Shown: piece after piece, positions 28,901 through 43,808 of the stretch
How the letters are laid out: each line of letters opens with the position of its first letter
Numbering within the stretch: the first letter of the stretch is position 1
Source: Octopus vulgaris
Taxonomy: Eukaryota
Direction of reading: 5' to 3'
Length of the DNA stretch: 64,000 nucleotides
NCBI GenBank assembly: GCA_951406725.2
Contig: OX597832.1
Span: 19,158,001 to 19,222,000 of the forward strand
Notes under the pieces: model-generated
Database searches by the model: none
The model's input: only the letters and a program-made list of their open reading frames with translations
What the model was told of the DNA's origin: nothing
Made by a program: the position numbers and the translations under genes

Positions 28901-29888
28901 GTATTTATCACATGTTGAGTTCAAAGTGAAACCTGCTTCAGTAAATTCAGATAGAATTATACATCGTGTAAAAAATAATAAATATATCAATAAATAAATA
29001 AATATACAAATATGTGAATAAAAAAAAAACATAAATACATAAATAAAATCGCAGCATATTTCAAACAACATGTGATTAATTTTTTTTGCTTAAACTTGGT
29101 GAGCGAATTACCTTAGTTTTAACTCGCCTGACTACACTATATTCCATGCTTGACCCCAATCAGAGAAAGGTCAAGCTCAAAAAAAAGGGATGCCGAATAC
29201 TCTTCAAAACCAACCCGGTGAGAAGCTCAAGTGTCAAGTAGATTGAAACAAATGATTGCCTTAGTATATACAATACACCTGATCAAAAGGACGAAAGGAG
29301 GACTGACTAAGCAATGAGATAAAACATACCATCGAAACATGCAGACCCACAACTTACTTTCTGTGCCCCCACTTTTTTTTTTTGTCGCATAGGCTTTCAT
29401 TTTTTTATTTTGTTTATTTCATATATGTATTTATTTATTTATTTATTTATCTTTATAATTTTTTAAGCAGATCAAAGACGGGCTGTGTAAAGTATGTATG
29501 TATTATATATATATATGTGTGTGTGTATGTGTGTGTGTGTGTGTGTGCGTGTGTGTATGTGTGTGTGTTTGTATGTATGTATATACGTACGTATGTATAC
29601 AGGCATATTGTGTGTGTGTGTATGTATGTATATACATACGTATGTATACAGGCATATGCAAAAATGTATATGTGTGTATGTATGTATGTATATATGCATG
29701 CATGTATGTATGCATATATATATGCATGTATGTATGCATGTACGTATTTACATGCTTACTCAACAGGCACAGAGGTACATATAAACGCATACATGTATAC
29801 TTACACATTAGTTACTAGTATATATATATATATATATGCGTATACATAAATATTTCATAGTAGTTACTTATAGCTTACATATACACAC

Positions 29889-29976
<88 letters not shown>

Positions 29977-30557
29977 TAAGAATGAATATACAGTGCTCTT
30001 GTTTATTCCACAGAAAAAAGTGACTATTCCGAAATATTACAATACACACACACATACAGATGTATATGAAAGTCTATGAGGATTACTTAATAAAGATTTT
30101 GAAGTGTAAATGAGATTTTTCTAAAACTAAAAAATTTTTCGATTTTCAAATGATCTTGAGCCAATTAATATTTTCTGTCATAATCTGAAATAATGCAAAT
30201 CTTTATGTATTTTTCCTATTTTCAAAGACGGACAAATTTGAAAATTTGTTGAATTACTAAATTACCTAAATACAAATTTGGCTTCAAATAATATGTCGTA
30301 GCGTATATAATAAAATCTCCTTTTACGAAAAACAGTGGTCTAGTTTACATAGGGGAAACAAATCATCTACTTGGTCTACGTCTCGCATTTGGGGAACCTG
30401 CTATGTCTGAGAGATTTGTTGAATTTCTACCGTATATTATAATGAATCATATTTAGCTTGATGTGTTTGAGCAATGTCATAAAAAAATATTAGTTTCCAA
30501 ATTACCCATTTTTCCGAAGTAATTCTAACCCAAGCAATAATAAATCTCTGTCTAACA

Positions 30558-30701
30558 CAGTTCTATATTTAAGAGATAAGGAATTATTTACATTATTTAC
30601 GTTATTTAAATTTGCCGGATATTTGTCTTCATCTTCTTTGTTGTTAACACAACCTTTCGGCTGATATACCCTCCAGCCTTTTCCAAGACACCTCATGAAG
30701 G
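30558..30701 (-). mobile_element. PLE-like terminal fragment with partial hammerhead, copy 1
   Basis: Highly similar to 62854-62967; contains a GGCTG..CAGCC stem and GAAA on the minus strand plus an inverted gacac-ctcatga-agg at 30687-30701. Confidence 0.55.
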
Positions 30702-32289
30702 ACATTTTCTGGTGTAATGACTACTCATCCAACTTTTCGTATTCGCCCTTCAAGTTCTTCGGAGATCTTTGGTTTGGTACAGTAGACTTGTTTCTTTAAC
30801 CAACCCCAAAGAAAGAAGCCACAGAGTGTTTAGTCAGGATTCATGGCTGGCCACTCATGCGGACCACGATGAACCACCCATCTCCAAGGGAAGTGGACAT
30901 TCAGCCATTACAGATTACACATTAAATTCTCATACTTCAAAACACAAATGCAAAATATTTGAGAAAAAAATTACAATTAATATATAATTTATATGTAGTT
31001 TTTAAAAGGGTGTTACTTTCCAATCACCCTGTAGAATTGTCATCGAAATGCATGGAAATATGTGATACGTAAATATACTTTTCCCATGGTTGTTTCAAGA
31101 TGGCACCTTTTATGATTTTCCGGTAATCTCAGAACCTAGGCCTCGGCAGATATATCTGCACCAATGTGAAGCTGTCGACAACGAATATAGTGAGAGTGAA
31201 GAAGCGTCGGCTTCTTTCGGACGACACATCTTCTTTGCTGCTCATTTCATTGGCCCAGTAGCTATTGTAAGAGAAGTGGAAGCCTAATTGGAGTTTACGG
31301 TATGTATACGGATGTTACCAGCATATCACATCTCTCCCGCATGGAGAAGACCATCAGTGGGAAAAACATAGATTTTTTATAGTGTGTTAGTTGAGTGTAT
31401 GTGTAACGATAACCTGGAAATTGCTACTGAGCACCAATGAGTGGGACCTGAGCTGTCTCACCTGGAATATCAGTTCGAGGACGAAGGACAATTTCCCAAA
31501 ATCATTGGTATGGTCTCATAAACGGAAAGGCAGCCATAACCTGCTCTAATAGTATGGTGGCGGAAACGATGAAAAAACTGGAGTGTGTGCAGGGAGAGGT
31601 AAACTCCTTGCACCATAGAGAGCAGATTAAATGTTTTGATGATATGTCGGTTTGTCTGAAAGAACTGCTGGCGCAGAAAAAGTCTGGATTTCGAGTGTCC
31701 ACCTAGCGAGAGAAAGGTGGGTGATGCGCCAAATAACTTTTGCAGACAAGTGGTTTCTGATCGTTGTTGGTATTGAAGGGAGTAGCGTGATGGTCTTGTT
31801 TGAAAGATATGAGAATATGCATTTCCCCAACTTCTTCAACGACCACTTGAATAACAACACGATAACAGAAAGTGCTCATTGCTAGTTTTTTTTAAATTTT
31901 TAATCGCATGATGATAGTGCCAAGAAACGTTAGTTTGAATGAGTCTAGCCTAAGAATAATTTTCTATTAAGACGAAAGATTTTCAGGAAATGCACAGTGG
32001 CAGCAGAGAAACCTGGGCCCTTTTTTGTGGGACATCAGTCGAATTACTTTAGCTGCGTTACCTCAGTTCTCACTATTGGGCAATGTTTTCTGTTTGATTT
32101 TCCTACAAAAAGTATTCTTATATTTTGTATCACATCCTTTGTTACATCATTTATTTTGCTTATTGCTTTCACCACTTTAACCAACATATATTGCATTACG
32201 TGCTTTATTGAGAGATATTTATATTCTATTCAATAGCTTGAGCCCTTGTGGCTAGTAACAGGAATGATTGCTGTTGTTGTTGTTATTTA

Positions 32290-32482
32290 TAGTAGCAGCA
32301 GCAGCAGCTGTAGCACTAGCACTAGGCACTACTAGTACTACTAGTAGTAGTAGAAAAAAATAGTGTAGTGGTGGTAGTAGAAGCAGTAGCAACAGAGACA
32401 GTAGTGGTGGTAACATAGGTAGTAATAGCAGTGGTAGTAGTAGCAGCACCAGCAACGGTAGTAGTAATAGTAGCAGTAGTAT

Positions 32483-32555
<73 letters not shown>

Positions 32556-32616
32556 TGTAGTAGTAGTAGCAGCAGCAGTGGTGGTGGCGGTGGTATTGCT
32601 GATGGTAGTGGTGGCG

Positions 32617-32695
<79 letters not shown>

Positions 32696-32710
32696 CAGCA
32701 GCAGCAGCAG
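32290..32710. repeat. (TAG)n/(CAG)n/(TGG)n compound microsatellite
   Basis: Directly visible. Confidence 0.95.
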
Positions 32711-32998
32711 TATCGTCACCAACTTTTTCCTCACCTTATATTTCCTAAAATGTAATGTAACTAATGAGAGGAAAACATAATATTAGAAAACTCTTGACGA
32801 CCCAAAAATATTATCTTAGCTTAATTAGAGCATGACAATAATCAGCATGCGTACGTACACACACATATATACAACGTGGGTGTGTATAATAATGTGTGAG
32901 GGCGTGTGTGTGCTAGATTATTCATGCCTATTCAAGCACACACATAATTATATAAATATATATATATATATTAATAAATATATATATATATGTATAAG

Positions 32999-33258
<260 letters not shown>

Positions 33259-33272
33259 CATATATGTATATA

Positions 33273-33316
<44 letters not shown>

Positions 33317-33570
33317 CACATATAATTATGTAGCTGGGAGTGGATTTGCGTGTGTGTATGTGTGTGTGTGTGTGTGTGTTTATGTATATACGTATGCATG
33401 TATGCAAATATAGAGTAAAATCTGTTTGCCAACGTAAATAGGCAGACCTTCTTAGGACGTTGTTACTACATTTTTTTAACCCTGGGAAAACATCTCTTTT
33501 CCAGCTGTATACCGATTCACAACTGCATCCTCGTAACAGAAAGACCTGTTGTGAAAAAAAAGTGTGTAAG

Positions 33571-33968
33571 AGGAGTGGCTGTGTGGTAAGTAGCTTGCTA
33601 ACCAGCCACATGGTTCCGGGTTCCGGGTTCAGTCCCACTGCGTGGCATCTTGGGCAAGTGTCTTCTGCTATAGCCCCGGGCCGACCAATGCCTTGTGAGT
33701 GGATTTGGTAGACGGAAACCGAAAGAAGCCTGTCGTATATATGTATATATATATGTATGTGTGTCTGTGTTTGTACCCCTAGCGTTGCTTGACAACCGAT
33801 GCTGGTGTGTTTACGTCCCCGTAACCTAGCGGCTCGGCAAAAGGGACCGATAGAATAAGTACTGGGCTTACAAAGAATAAGTCCCGGGGTCGAGTTGCTC
33901 GATTAAAGGCGGTGCTCCAGCATGGCCGCAGTCAAATGACTGAAACAAGTAAAAGAGAGTAAAGAGTA
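33571..33968 (+). mobile_element. SINE family B, full length, with a 7-bp internal duplication (ggttccg)
   Basis: Aligns with 16079-16490. Confidence 0.9.
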
Positions 33969-34677
33969 AGACATTAGTGAGTATAATATGAAGCGAGAGA
34001 AAATGTATTCGCCAGAAGATTGATATTTCTGCGCTGGTATACATCTGATACGTATCTGGTAGAGTGTGACACTATAAAAATAAAACAAAAAGACAAACGT
34101 GTACAAGCAGTGGAATATGAACTGAGCCATCGAATGACACGAGGTTAGATAATAAAATGAAAAACAAAACCAATACGGCCATATCTGCCAGTCTCATCGT
34201 CTTAGATATTCGCTAGATCAAGCATACTGATGCCTGAGGAAATAGACTGAAATCCGATTCGTCGTGAACTCTCGAGATATGTATCTCGACAGACAACATG
34301 AAAAAAGGGATTTAGACAGTCTTAAATATAAATTAGTGTACAGAAATGACAATTGTAAAATACTCGAAACACATAAAAGGACTAATATTTTAAACCCCTT
34401 CTTCAAATCGAAAGCAGTGATCAAAACATATAAACGTAATATATCGGAAATATTTGCCATTGTCATGACAGTCCAGAAAAATAGGACGAATGCTGCCGTT
34501 GAATAGCTCCAAGAGGCCATCACCTCGAGCTAGCTATGTGACACACGAACCTGTGTCCATTAAAACGTTCGAACAGGGGCGGTCAGCCGCTTCTCCTTGC
34601 CGCTCTGGCAACCATAGTCTAGTTTCAGAGTATTTGCCCCTTATCAATGTAGAGCAGCCGAACCAGGCAAGTGTCGC

Positions 34678-34757
<80 letters not shown>

Positions 34758-34995
34758 TGTATGTCTGTCTGTCTGTCTGTGTCAAATACAAATCTAAAAT
34801 ATAAATGGAATAAGAAGAAGAAAGGCCAAGAGAGACTAAAGTCATGTATATGATTAATACAAACGAATACAGATATATCAAATACCGTACAACTTACGTT
34901 CTTGATTTATTAAATCACCCGCGCCTGAAAAGGATGTATCACACTTATCAAATGACAAATGGTACACGCACACACACACACACAAATGCGCGCGC

Positions 34996-35034
<39 letters not shown>

Positions 35035-35998
35035 ATCAAGGACAAACACATGCAGACACACTCTGAAACGCACACATGTATGTATATATAATATTCGGGA
35101 TATCAAGACAAACATCAGTGAGAATGGTTGGTTCATGTAAACGCATGACTACGTACGTGTGTCCTAGTCTGTGTTTGCCTGTGTGCGTGTGTGTGTGTGT
35201 GTTTGTGCGTGCCTCACTGTGTATGTATGTATGTGTTTTCGTGAGTGTGTGTGGGTGCATTGGTTTATTCGGTTTCTGTGTGCACACGTTTGTTAATCAG
35301 CGAAGACGTGTGAAAATCACACGGTAAAGTTATATTGAAACTTTCATAAAATACAAATGGAAGATTAAAATACTCATCACACAGCGTATGTGTACATGTT
35401 TGTAATCAATGGGCTTGTGTAAAGGTATGTGTACGCATGAATATGTACTTGTTTGCATACACTCCCACATATATACACATAAATAGACACACACACACAC
35501 ACACCTAAAACTACACACATAGAATTATGTATGTGTATACATCTATACATCTGTGTGTGTATATATATGTATGTATATGCACATCTTTTCCATACATAAA
35601 CACACACACACACACAGATATATATGTATGCATGTATGTATGTATGTATGTATGTATGTATGTATGTATGTATGTATGTATGTATGTAGGTATACTCAGA
35701 TATACACAGGCGTACACAATTACAGATGCATACACACATATATATACGCTTATATACTTTGAAAAATACATGGAAACCGTGCATTTTCAGCTTATATATA
35801 TAAATCGTTTATACATCCGTACCTATACATACATACCATCACCCCCGCCTCCATATATTTATGTACGTACGTGTGTGTGTATGTGTGTGCGTGCGTGAGT
35901 GTGTGCATGTATATGCTGCATGTGTGTATGTGTATACATATATATATATATGTGTAAATATATATATATATATACATATATGTATTTGTGTGTGTGCC

Positions 35999-36032
<34 letters not shown>

Positions 36033-36558
36033 GGTAGGTATTAGTGTATGTATGTTTATGTATATAAGTACTTATAGATATATATATAGACATTTATTCT
36101 TATGAGCAGATATGCGCACATCTAACATGTACATGATCTCGTTTATTGCAAACAAAGAATTCAAAACATTTCAAAATAAATACGGAACAAAGTTAAAAGA
36201 ATGGTAAAAGAGCAGTAAAAAGGCTAGCATTACCGCAAAGGAATATTAATGCTATTCCAACTGCAAATCGCCTAATCTTATTTGGAGAGATTTGCTTTTA
36301 TTTTACAAAGTTACACAGAAGAAGATGCTTATTAGAATCTAATACGTTTTATGGGAAACCTATTCATTTTTGCTGCTCTGTACTCTAGGGAAATATTGTT
36401 ACATCACGTGCCGTTTGAATCATTTTTTTTTAAAATTAATGATTCGCCTGTGTATCTGTGTATATTACTGTATAGATATGTGTATGCTTATGTATAATTG
36501 TATGGGAGTGTGTATTTTATGTGTATGGATACTTGCATACATACGTACATAAATATAC

Positions 36559-36607
<49 letters not shown>

Positions 36608-36919
36608 TTTACATACGTGTATATGTACGTACAAAGGTATTTTATTTATGTATATATATATATATACAGAGAGAGAGAGAGAGATCCATATATATAGGTA
36701 GATATATATGTATATATATATACATATTTATATACATATATGTGTATATATATGTATATATATATATATTTATATATATATATGTTACATATATACATAT
36801 ATACATATACACTTACATATATATACATATATATATATGTAGTTATATAAATATATATATGTGTGTGTGTGTGTGAATGCCTGTGTATATGTATGTATAT
36901 ATGTATATATATATATACA

Positions 36920-36996
36920 TAAGAAAAACACCAGGCCTTACAAAATAGCAATACTAAGCACAGCTCACTCCTACATAAAACACTATCAATACAGTG
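36920..36996 (+). mobile_element. Extreme 3' end of an R4/Dong-type LINE ORF
   Basis: KIAILSTAH(fs)LHKTLSIQ*, cf. the QKxxLLGTAxILR C-terminal motif of restriction-like-endonuclease LINEs. Confidence 0.55.
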
Positions 36997-37188
36997 AAAA
37001 TAAGAGCACCACTATTTTAAAACTCTGATGCTGTTCTTACTCCTTAAGGAGAATCTTCACCCTCTCTTTTATCTCTCAGTAAACTCTCTCTATCTCTCTT
37101 TATCTCTCTCTCTCTCTCTCTCCTTCTCTTATTCTGGAAGTAACTGCAGGTGGTCGCAGCAATAGTCAACATTTCCCACGCAATATAT

Positions 37189-37237
<49 letters not shown>

Positions 37238-37369
37238 TTTATTTATTTATACATACATGTATGCCTTTTATTTTATCCTCTGTAATCTAGAGTTTAAAAA
37301 AAATGACAATCGAGACTGTAATATAATATGAATGGTGCAGATAACGAAAAAAGATTCGACAGTCACTAA

Positions 37370-37860
37370 CCTAATATCAATAAATATCGCACACATTAGC
37401 CCACCAATGAACGTCCAAATGTAGAAAACGTTTGAAAATTAAACAGTTTGAGAACATGTCAAAGGGCAGAACTCAACACCACTTGTCGGAACGACAACCG
37501 ATGCAGTTATAGCTATTTGTTAGGAGAGAAAATCGTATCGCACTCGTAATAGGATGTCATTCAGGATACATTTTTCTTTTCCTAATTGTTACGTTAAATT
37601 AAGCATTATTTTTTTACATTAAAATGCGTTACTAACAAATATCGTACACATTATATTGCCAATGAACTTCCAAATGTATAAAATGATTGAAGTTTAAGGG
37701 ATTGGAACATGTGATAGTGCAGTACACGACACTACTTATGGGGGTGAAATCTCATGCAATTATACCGAAATAGCTAGGAAAGAATATCCGATTGTATTTG
37801 TGGTACCTTTTGCACTTTGAAGGTAATTTTTGCTATGGTTACGGGAAAGTAAGCATTAAC
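37370..37860. repeat. Old, diverged tandem duplication with a unit of about 250-255 bp
   Basis: aaatatcg.acacatta...ccaatgaac.tccaaatgta.aaaa at 37382 and 37637; gttacg..aaa.taagcatta ends at 37608 and 37858. Confidence 0.75.
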
Positions 37861-38304
37861 TAACATGATTTTATTCTTTCTGTGGTTACTTTACACCATA
37901 GTGATTAAATTCGCATTGATTTTACCCATTGAAATAATTGCCTAGATCTCATATCAAGATAAACAGCACATGACCTTGCAGGTGGGGGTCCAGTTAGAAT
38001 TTTCTTCTGGTCGAGTAACCTATCCCGCTCAAAAGGTCGCTAAATAAGGATTAACGATGTTGAACAAAACACCCATGTTTCCAAAGGTGAATTATCCAAA
38101 CTTCCAAGAATTCGTCAGTCACTAAGAGACATGCTCAACTGGTTAAGGTCAAACAACTGACAAGCAAATCTGTGGTATTGAGCAGAATATTTGCTGTAGC
38201 CCATCTTTTATACCAAGACAAAACAGTGTACATGTAGCATTTCCAATCACTTAAGATCAGAAGCCATGAGAGCCAGTGTCTGGTACTGCATCAGGGCATT
38301 TTTC

Positions 38305-38506
<202 letters not shown>

Positions 38507-38507
<1 letters not shown>

Positions 38508-38716
38508 GGTGAGATGACAGAACCGTTAGCGAATCGGTTAAAGTGCCTAGCGGCATTTCGTTCATCTTTACTATTTGAGTTCAAACTCCAACGATGTCGC
38601 CTCTATCTTTCATGCTTTTGGTGACAATAAAATGAGCACCAGTCGAACAGTGGGGGTCGATGCAAAGGACTTATCCCAGCCCCGAAAATTTCAAGCCAGA
38701 ATCCTATATTAGAAAG
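38507..38716 (+). mobile_element. SINE family A, old diverged copy (further 3' fragment at 39042-39120)
   Basis: ggtgagatgacagaaccgttagc...gagttcaaactcc...ctttcatgctttt...aaaatgagcaccagt...ggggtcgatg. Confidence 0.75.
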
Positions 38717-38737
38717 TATTATTATTAATTTTCGTTT

Positions 38738-38776
<39 letters not shown>

Positions 38777-39121
38777 ACTGCAGCTGCCTCTGCTACTGTA
38801 GATGATGATGTTCTCCAGAAACTGAAGAATTGTTAGAATGAAAAAGCAAAAAAACACCCAGAAAAACATGATGATGATGATGAGGAGGAGGAGGAGGAGG
38901 AGGCTATGTATTAAGACGATGGCAACAACGATGACGATGACGACAACACCGATGATGATGTAGCTGAGATGAGTAGCAAAAGATGGAGACAATGAAGTGA
39001 ATAAGTGAAAAGGATATTGATGGCGACATTATTTTTGTTCCTACCAGTTGAACACTGGGGTCGATGTAATCGACTCATTTCCTCCCCCAAAATGGCTACC
39101 ATCGTGGCAAAATTTCAAAGC

Positions 39122-39285
39122 ATTATTATTATTATTATCATCATCATCATCATCATCATCGTCATCATCATCATCATCATCATCATCACCACCACCACCA
39201 CCATCATCATTAAAATCCTCATCATCATCATCATCATCATCATCACCACCACCACCACCACCACCACCACCACCACCACCATCAT

Positions 39286-39378
<93 letters not shown>

Positions 39379-39432
39379 CCTTATTATTATTATTATCATT
39401 ATTATTATCATTATTTGTATTATTATTATTAT
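39122..39432. repeat. (ATT)n/(CAT)n/(CAC)n compound microsatellite
   Basis: Directly visible. Confidence 0.95.
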
Positions 39433-40053
39433 GAATGAGTAAAAGAGCAGTGCATGCTATCAAAGAAAGCCAAAAAAATCAGAAAATCATGATGATGTTG
39501 ATGCTGACGACGAGTATGATGAGGAAAGAGGTCTGAATATTCGCAGATTTAATCTAAAAATCCTCCTACGTATGTCATTGCCTGGTTATGTTTCCATGTA
39601 TTTGTTTGTGTATTTAATTGTGTTTGTACGTGTAAGTGTGAGATTATCGTCAGACGAAAAAATTATTTGAACTCATATCGTCAGCCAAACCGCACATCAT
39701 TTTATACACACACACACACACATAAAATTCAATGATATTAATTTTTCTTTAATATTGACATTATAATTTATTTCGTTCTTATGTAGGTTATTCTACTGTT
39801 TTTATTATAGCTGGTGACATTTTTATTGGATATATATATATATATATATGAAATGTAGAATCTCATCTCAGTGATTGCATTGTTTTTTTATTTATTTTAT
39901 ATAATCATTTTCATTAGCTTAGTAATTCAGTTGAACATTTCAGGTCTTTTCCCGATGTTGTTTAGGATGAAGATATAGAGAAAAGGATTTGAATCTCTCT
40001 AATTGGGAATTGATAATTATATATATATGCATATATGTATGTGTGTATGTATG

Positions 40054-40248
<195 letters not shown>

Positions 40249-40738
40249 TATTCCTGATCATATGAATTTTAAAAAACACTACGTGATGCGTTAAATATTG
40301 TAGTATATAATGAATTTTAAAAGAATGTATACTAGGGACTTTCATGTATGTTACGTATATGAATTGAAAGTAGTCCAAAAAATATCTAATGAATACATTT
40401 TAAAATTTAAAATATATTTGAAAAGAAAATAAGATAATTATATATTATTTATGAATAAAATATAAATATGCAAGTGCCATATGTATGTGTATAAGTATAT
40501 TCGTGAAAATAGACCTTGCAAACAATCTGGTTTTCTAGTCGGAACCAGAGAGAGGGAGAGAGAGAGAAAGAGCGCGCAAAAAGCAAATCAAGATGAATGA
40601 ATATTGATTTCTCCATCTTGTTTCTTTGTTCCATTTCTCTGTTTTTATTATTGAAGTTTTATTGTTATTTATATTCAATTTTAATTTTTTGATATATTTT
40701 GCATATGAACATTTTCAGTTTTAAATTGTGGGTGTGTG

Positions 40739-40806
<68 letters not shown>

Positions 40807-40924
40807 CTACTTGATTTTCGAAGTATACTGTATGTGCATGTATAACCTTTATTTATTGCCAGCGTACTACATTCTATTTTTTGGTTTTCAATCTGCATTT
40901 TTATATCAGACATATGAACATATA

Positions 40925-41012
<88 letters not shown>

Positions 41013-41038
41013 TGTGTATGTGTGTGTGTGTGTGTACA

Positions 41039-41088
<50 letters not shown>

Positions 41089-41564
41089 GTGCTGTTAGAA
41101 GGGTAATAAATGTGGAAAATATCAGAGTGAAGGAGAGAGAGAGAGAGAGACAAAGAGAAGTGAGGAAAGGCAAGACAGTAAGACAGAGAGGAAAATGGCT
41201 AATAGATTTGGAGTAGAAGAGAGAAAAAATAAATAAGAGAGAAACAGTTTGAAACAAAAAATATATTTGCATCATTTGAAATTTTTCTAAATAAATCTAT
41301 GCAAAGTCACTGGTATCTGCTAACTCATTTCATATTTCTGTATCTGACTGACAGAGAAAAGAAGGAAAAATTAAGTCTAGCAGTGTGTATGCGTTTTTTT
41401 AATATGTTTGTATGCGTTTTTTATGTGTTTGTGTGTTTCTGTATGATTGCCTAGGTGTAACCTTACGAACAGACTCTATTCATGGGAATTGTTTTGAAAT
41501 AAATGCATTCGTTTGTACTTAAATATCACATCTATACGCAAAACCTATATGCATGTATACGTTG

Positions 41565-41602
<38 letters not shown>

Positions 41603-41606
<4 letters not shown>

Positions 41607-41980
41607 TAAGTAATTAAGGGTTTAGCAACGATTTGCCTCACCACACACCGAATTTAGAAATAGCAGTCAAAGAGTTATAGCTATTCTTTCTACTAAAAGG
41701 GAGATCTCAGTAAAACCACAGCACTTGAAAGGTAAACACAGACAGGCCTTTCAAGTGCTGTGGTTTTACTGAGATCTCCCTTTTAGTAGAAAGAATAGCT
41801 ATAACTCTTTGACTGCTATTTCTAAATTCTGTGTGTGGTGAGGCAAATCGTTGCTAAACCCTTAATTACTTAGTATTACTTAAACTTTCCTCGAATGAGG
41901 CTTTTACATGCCGAAATCTACTTGGTGAAATTAATGATTATTCCAAATTAATTAATTTCACCCTATATTATTGCTGATAA

Positions 41981-41983
<3 letters not shown>
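41603..41983. mobile_element. (TA)n-embedded element with a near-perfect 130-bp inverted duplication (PLE-like inverted pLTR)
   Basis: 41603-41732 is the reverse complement of 41747-41876 with one mismatch and a 14-nt loop; the right arm continues about 105 bp to the next (TA)n. The hairpin is directly visible; PLE identity is inferred. Confidence 0.7.
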
Positions 41984-42032
<49 letters not shown>

Positions 42033-42407
42033 GTGCGAATGTATGTATGTTTATATATGCATATATCGATATACACTTATATATACACTATGTAAACATG
42101 CATAAAAGACGACCTATTTAGTACTCTACAATACTAGTTGAGTGCCCTATCAGGTAATGATCTTTCAAAAGAATTATATCACCTAAATCTCGTTCAGAAA
42201 CTGATATACATAAAAACGTATAAGCTTACGTGCATGTGTAACACACATAGACACTTAAACACGCACTTTAATCGATCGGTTTGCTATAGACACTTGCACA
42301 CATACACACACTCACATACGCACGCACACGCACACATAGTGCATTAAATACAAGCTCACACAAACATATATAGGGAGAGAGATTGGTTGATAGATAGACA
42401 GATTGAT

Positions 42408-42450
<43 letters not shown>

Positions 42451-42452
42451 TT

Positions 42453-42522
<70 letters not shown>

Positions 42523-42563
42523 CAGACAGACATATATATTGGATCGATGGATAGATAGATAGC

Positions 42564-42624
<61 letters not shown>

Positions 42625-42666
42625 GGATGGACAGACAATCAGACAGACAGACAGACAGCCTGGCAT

Positions 42667-42751
<85 letters not shown>

Positions 42752-43118
42752 CTTGAATGTGCGCACGTGTACGTATTCCAAAATTAAGTTTGCTGTAGGA
42801 TGTAGGGTGAAATATGAGATATTTAATTGGGCAAAAAGACATGATTCCTAAAGCGTTGACATTATTTTAGCTATATATAGATACATTTACTTACCCGAGT
42901 TAAATAATTGCGCGCGTGCGTGCATACAAACATACATGCATGTGTACGTATGTATATGCACGTATGTATGCACGTGCAAGTACATGGATATACATATACA
43001 TACTTAGCATGAATATATGCATGCTAACTAGAGTGGATGATCTTTGATTGTTTGATGACTATAATTATCGCGTCCAATTATCACCTTTTTAAGTATCTGG
43101 TTAATCAGCTGTTCTTAA

Positions 43119-43280
43119 TTAACTCTTTAGGATTTAAACCATCCATATCAGGTCCAAAGATTCCACCTGTTTATGTGCAAACCGGCTGGCCAGATCTGAC
43201 CTTTCACATCTAACCTACAATGTAATTCTGAAAATAATCGATCACATCTTTGAAATTCCGAAGTTACAAGGAAAATCATG
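43119..43280. mobile_element. Possible piggyBac-type MITE end interrupted by a SINE
   Basis: Begins ttaactcttt (TTAA plus CCC-like terminus); cut by SINE B at 43280. Single copy in the window. Confidence 0.25.
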
Positions 43281-43450
43281 AAGTGGCTGTGTGGTAAGAA
43301 GCTTGCTTCCCAACTACATGGTTCCAGATTCAGTCCCACTGCGGGGCACCTTGGTCAAGTGTCTTCAACTATAGCCTCGGGCTGACCAAACCCTTGTGAG
43401 TGAATTTGGTAGATGGAAAGTGAAAGAAGCCCGTCGTGTATGTGTATATA
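43280..43450 (+). mobile_element. SINE family B, 5' half
   Basis: gtggctgtgtggtaagaagcttgcttcccaac...caagtgtctt...ccttgtgagtg. Confidence 0.85.
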
Positions 43451-43619
43451 TAGATAGAGAAAACCGCTGCGAACAATGAGTAATCGCAAACACTTCAACA
43501 TCGGAGATAAAATAATGGTAAACGTACATATACAGAATATATAACATAGATCTCGGGGAGATGCAGCGTGATACAGTGTGACAACGCTGGCCATTGGAAA
43601 TATAGTTATAACAGAAACG

Positions 43620-43808
43620 TGAAGAAAGAGGGAGAGAAAGTTGTGGCGAAAGAGTACGGCAGGGGTCGTCACCACCCCTTGGCGGAGCCTCGTGGATCCT
43701 TAGGTGTTTTCGTTCAATAAACACTCACAACTCCCGGTCTGGGGATCGAAACCGCGATCCTATGGCCGCGAGTCTACTGCCCTAACCACTGGGCTACTGC
43801 GCCTCCAC
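43620..43808 (-). mobile_element. SINE family D copy
   Basis: Aligns with 16635-16825. Confidence 0.8.

Noticed and set aside
31040-31885. Complex, moderately GC-richer block with several short ORFs
   Set aside because: No recognisable protein motif or splice structure in any frame; probably an old TE fragment that I cannot classify.
37960-38300. Non-repetitive-looking block abutting (TTC)n/(TTA)n, possibly a LINE 5' UTR
   Set aside because: Single copy in the window with no coding motif; class cannot be supported from the sequence alone.
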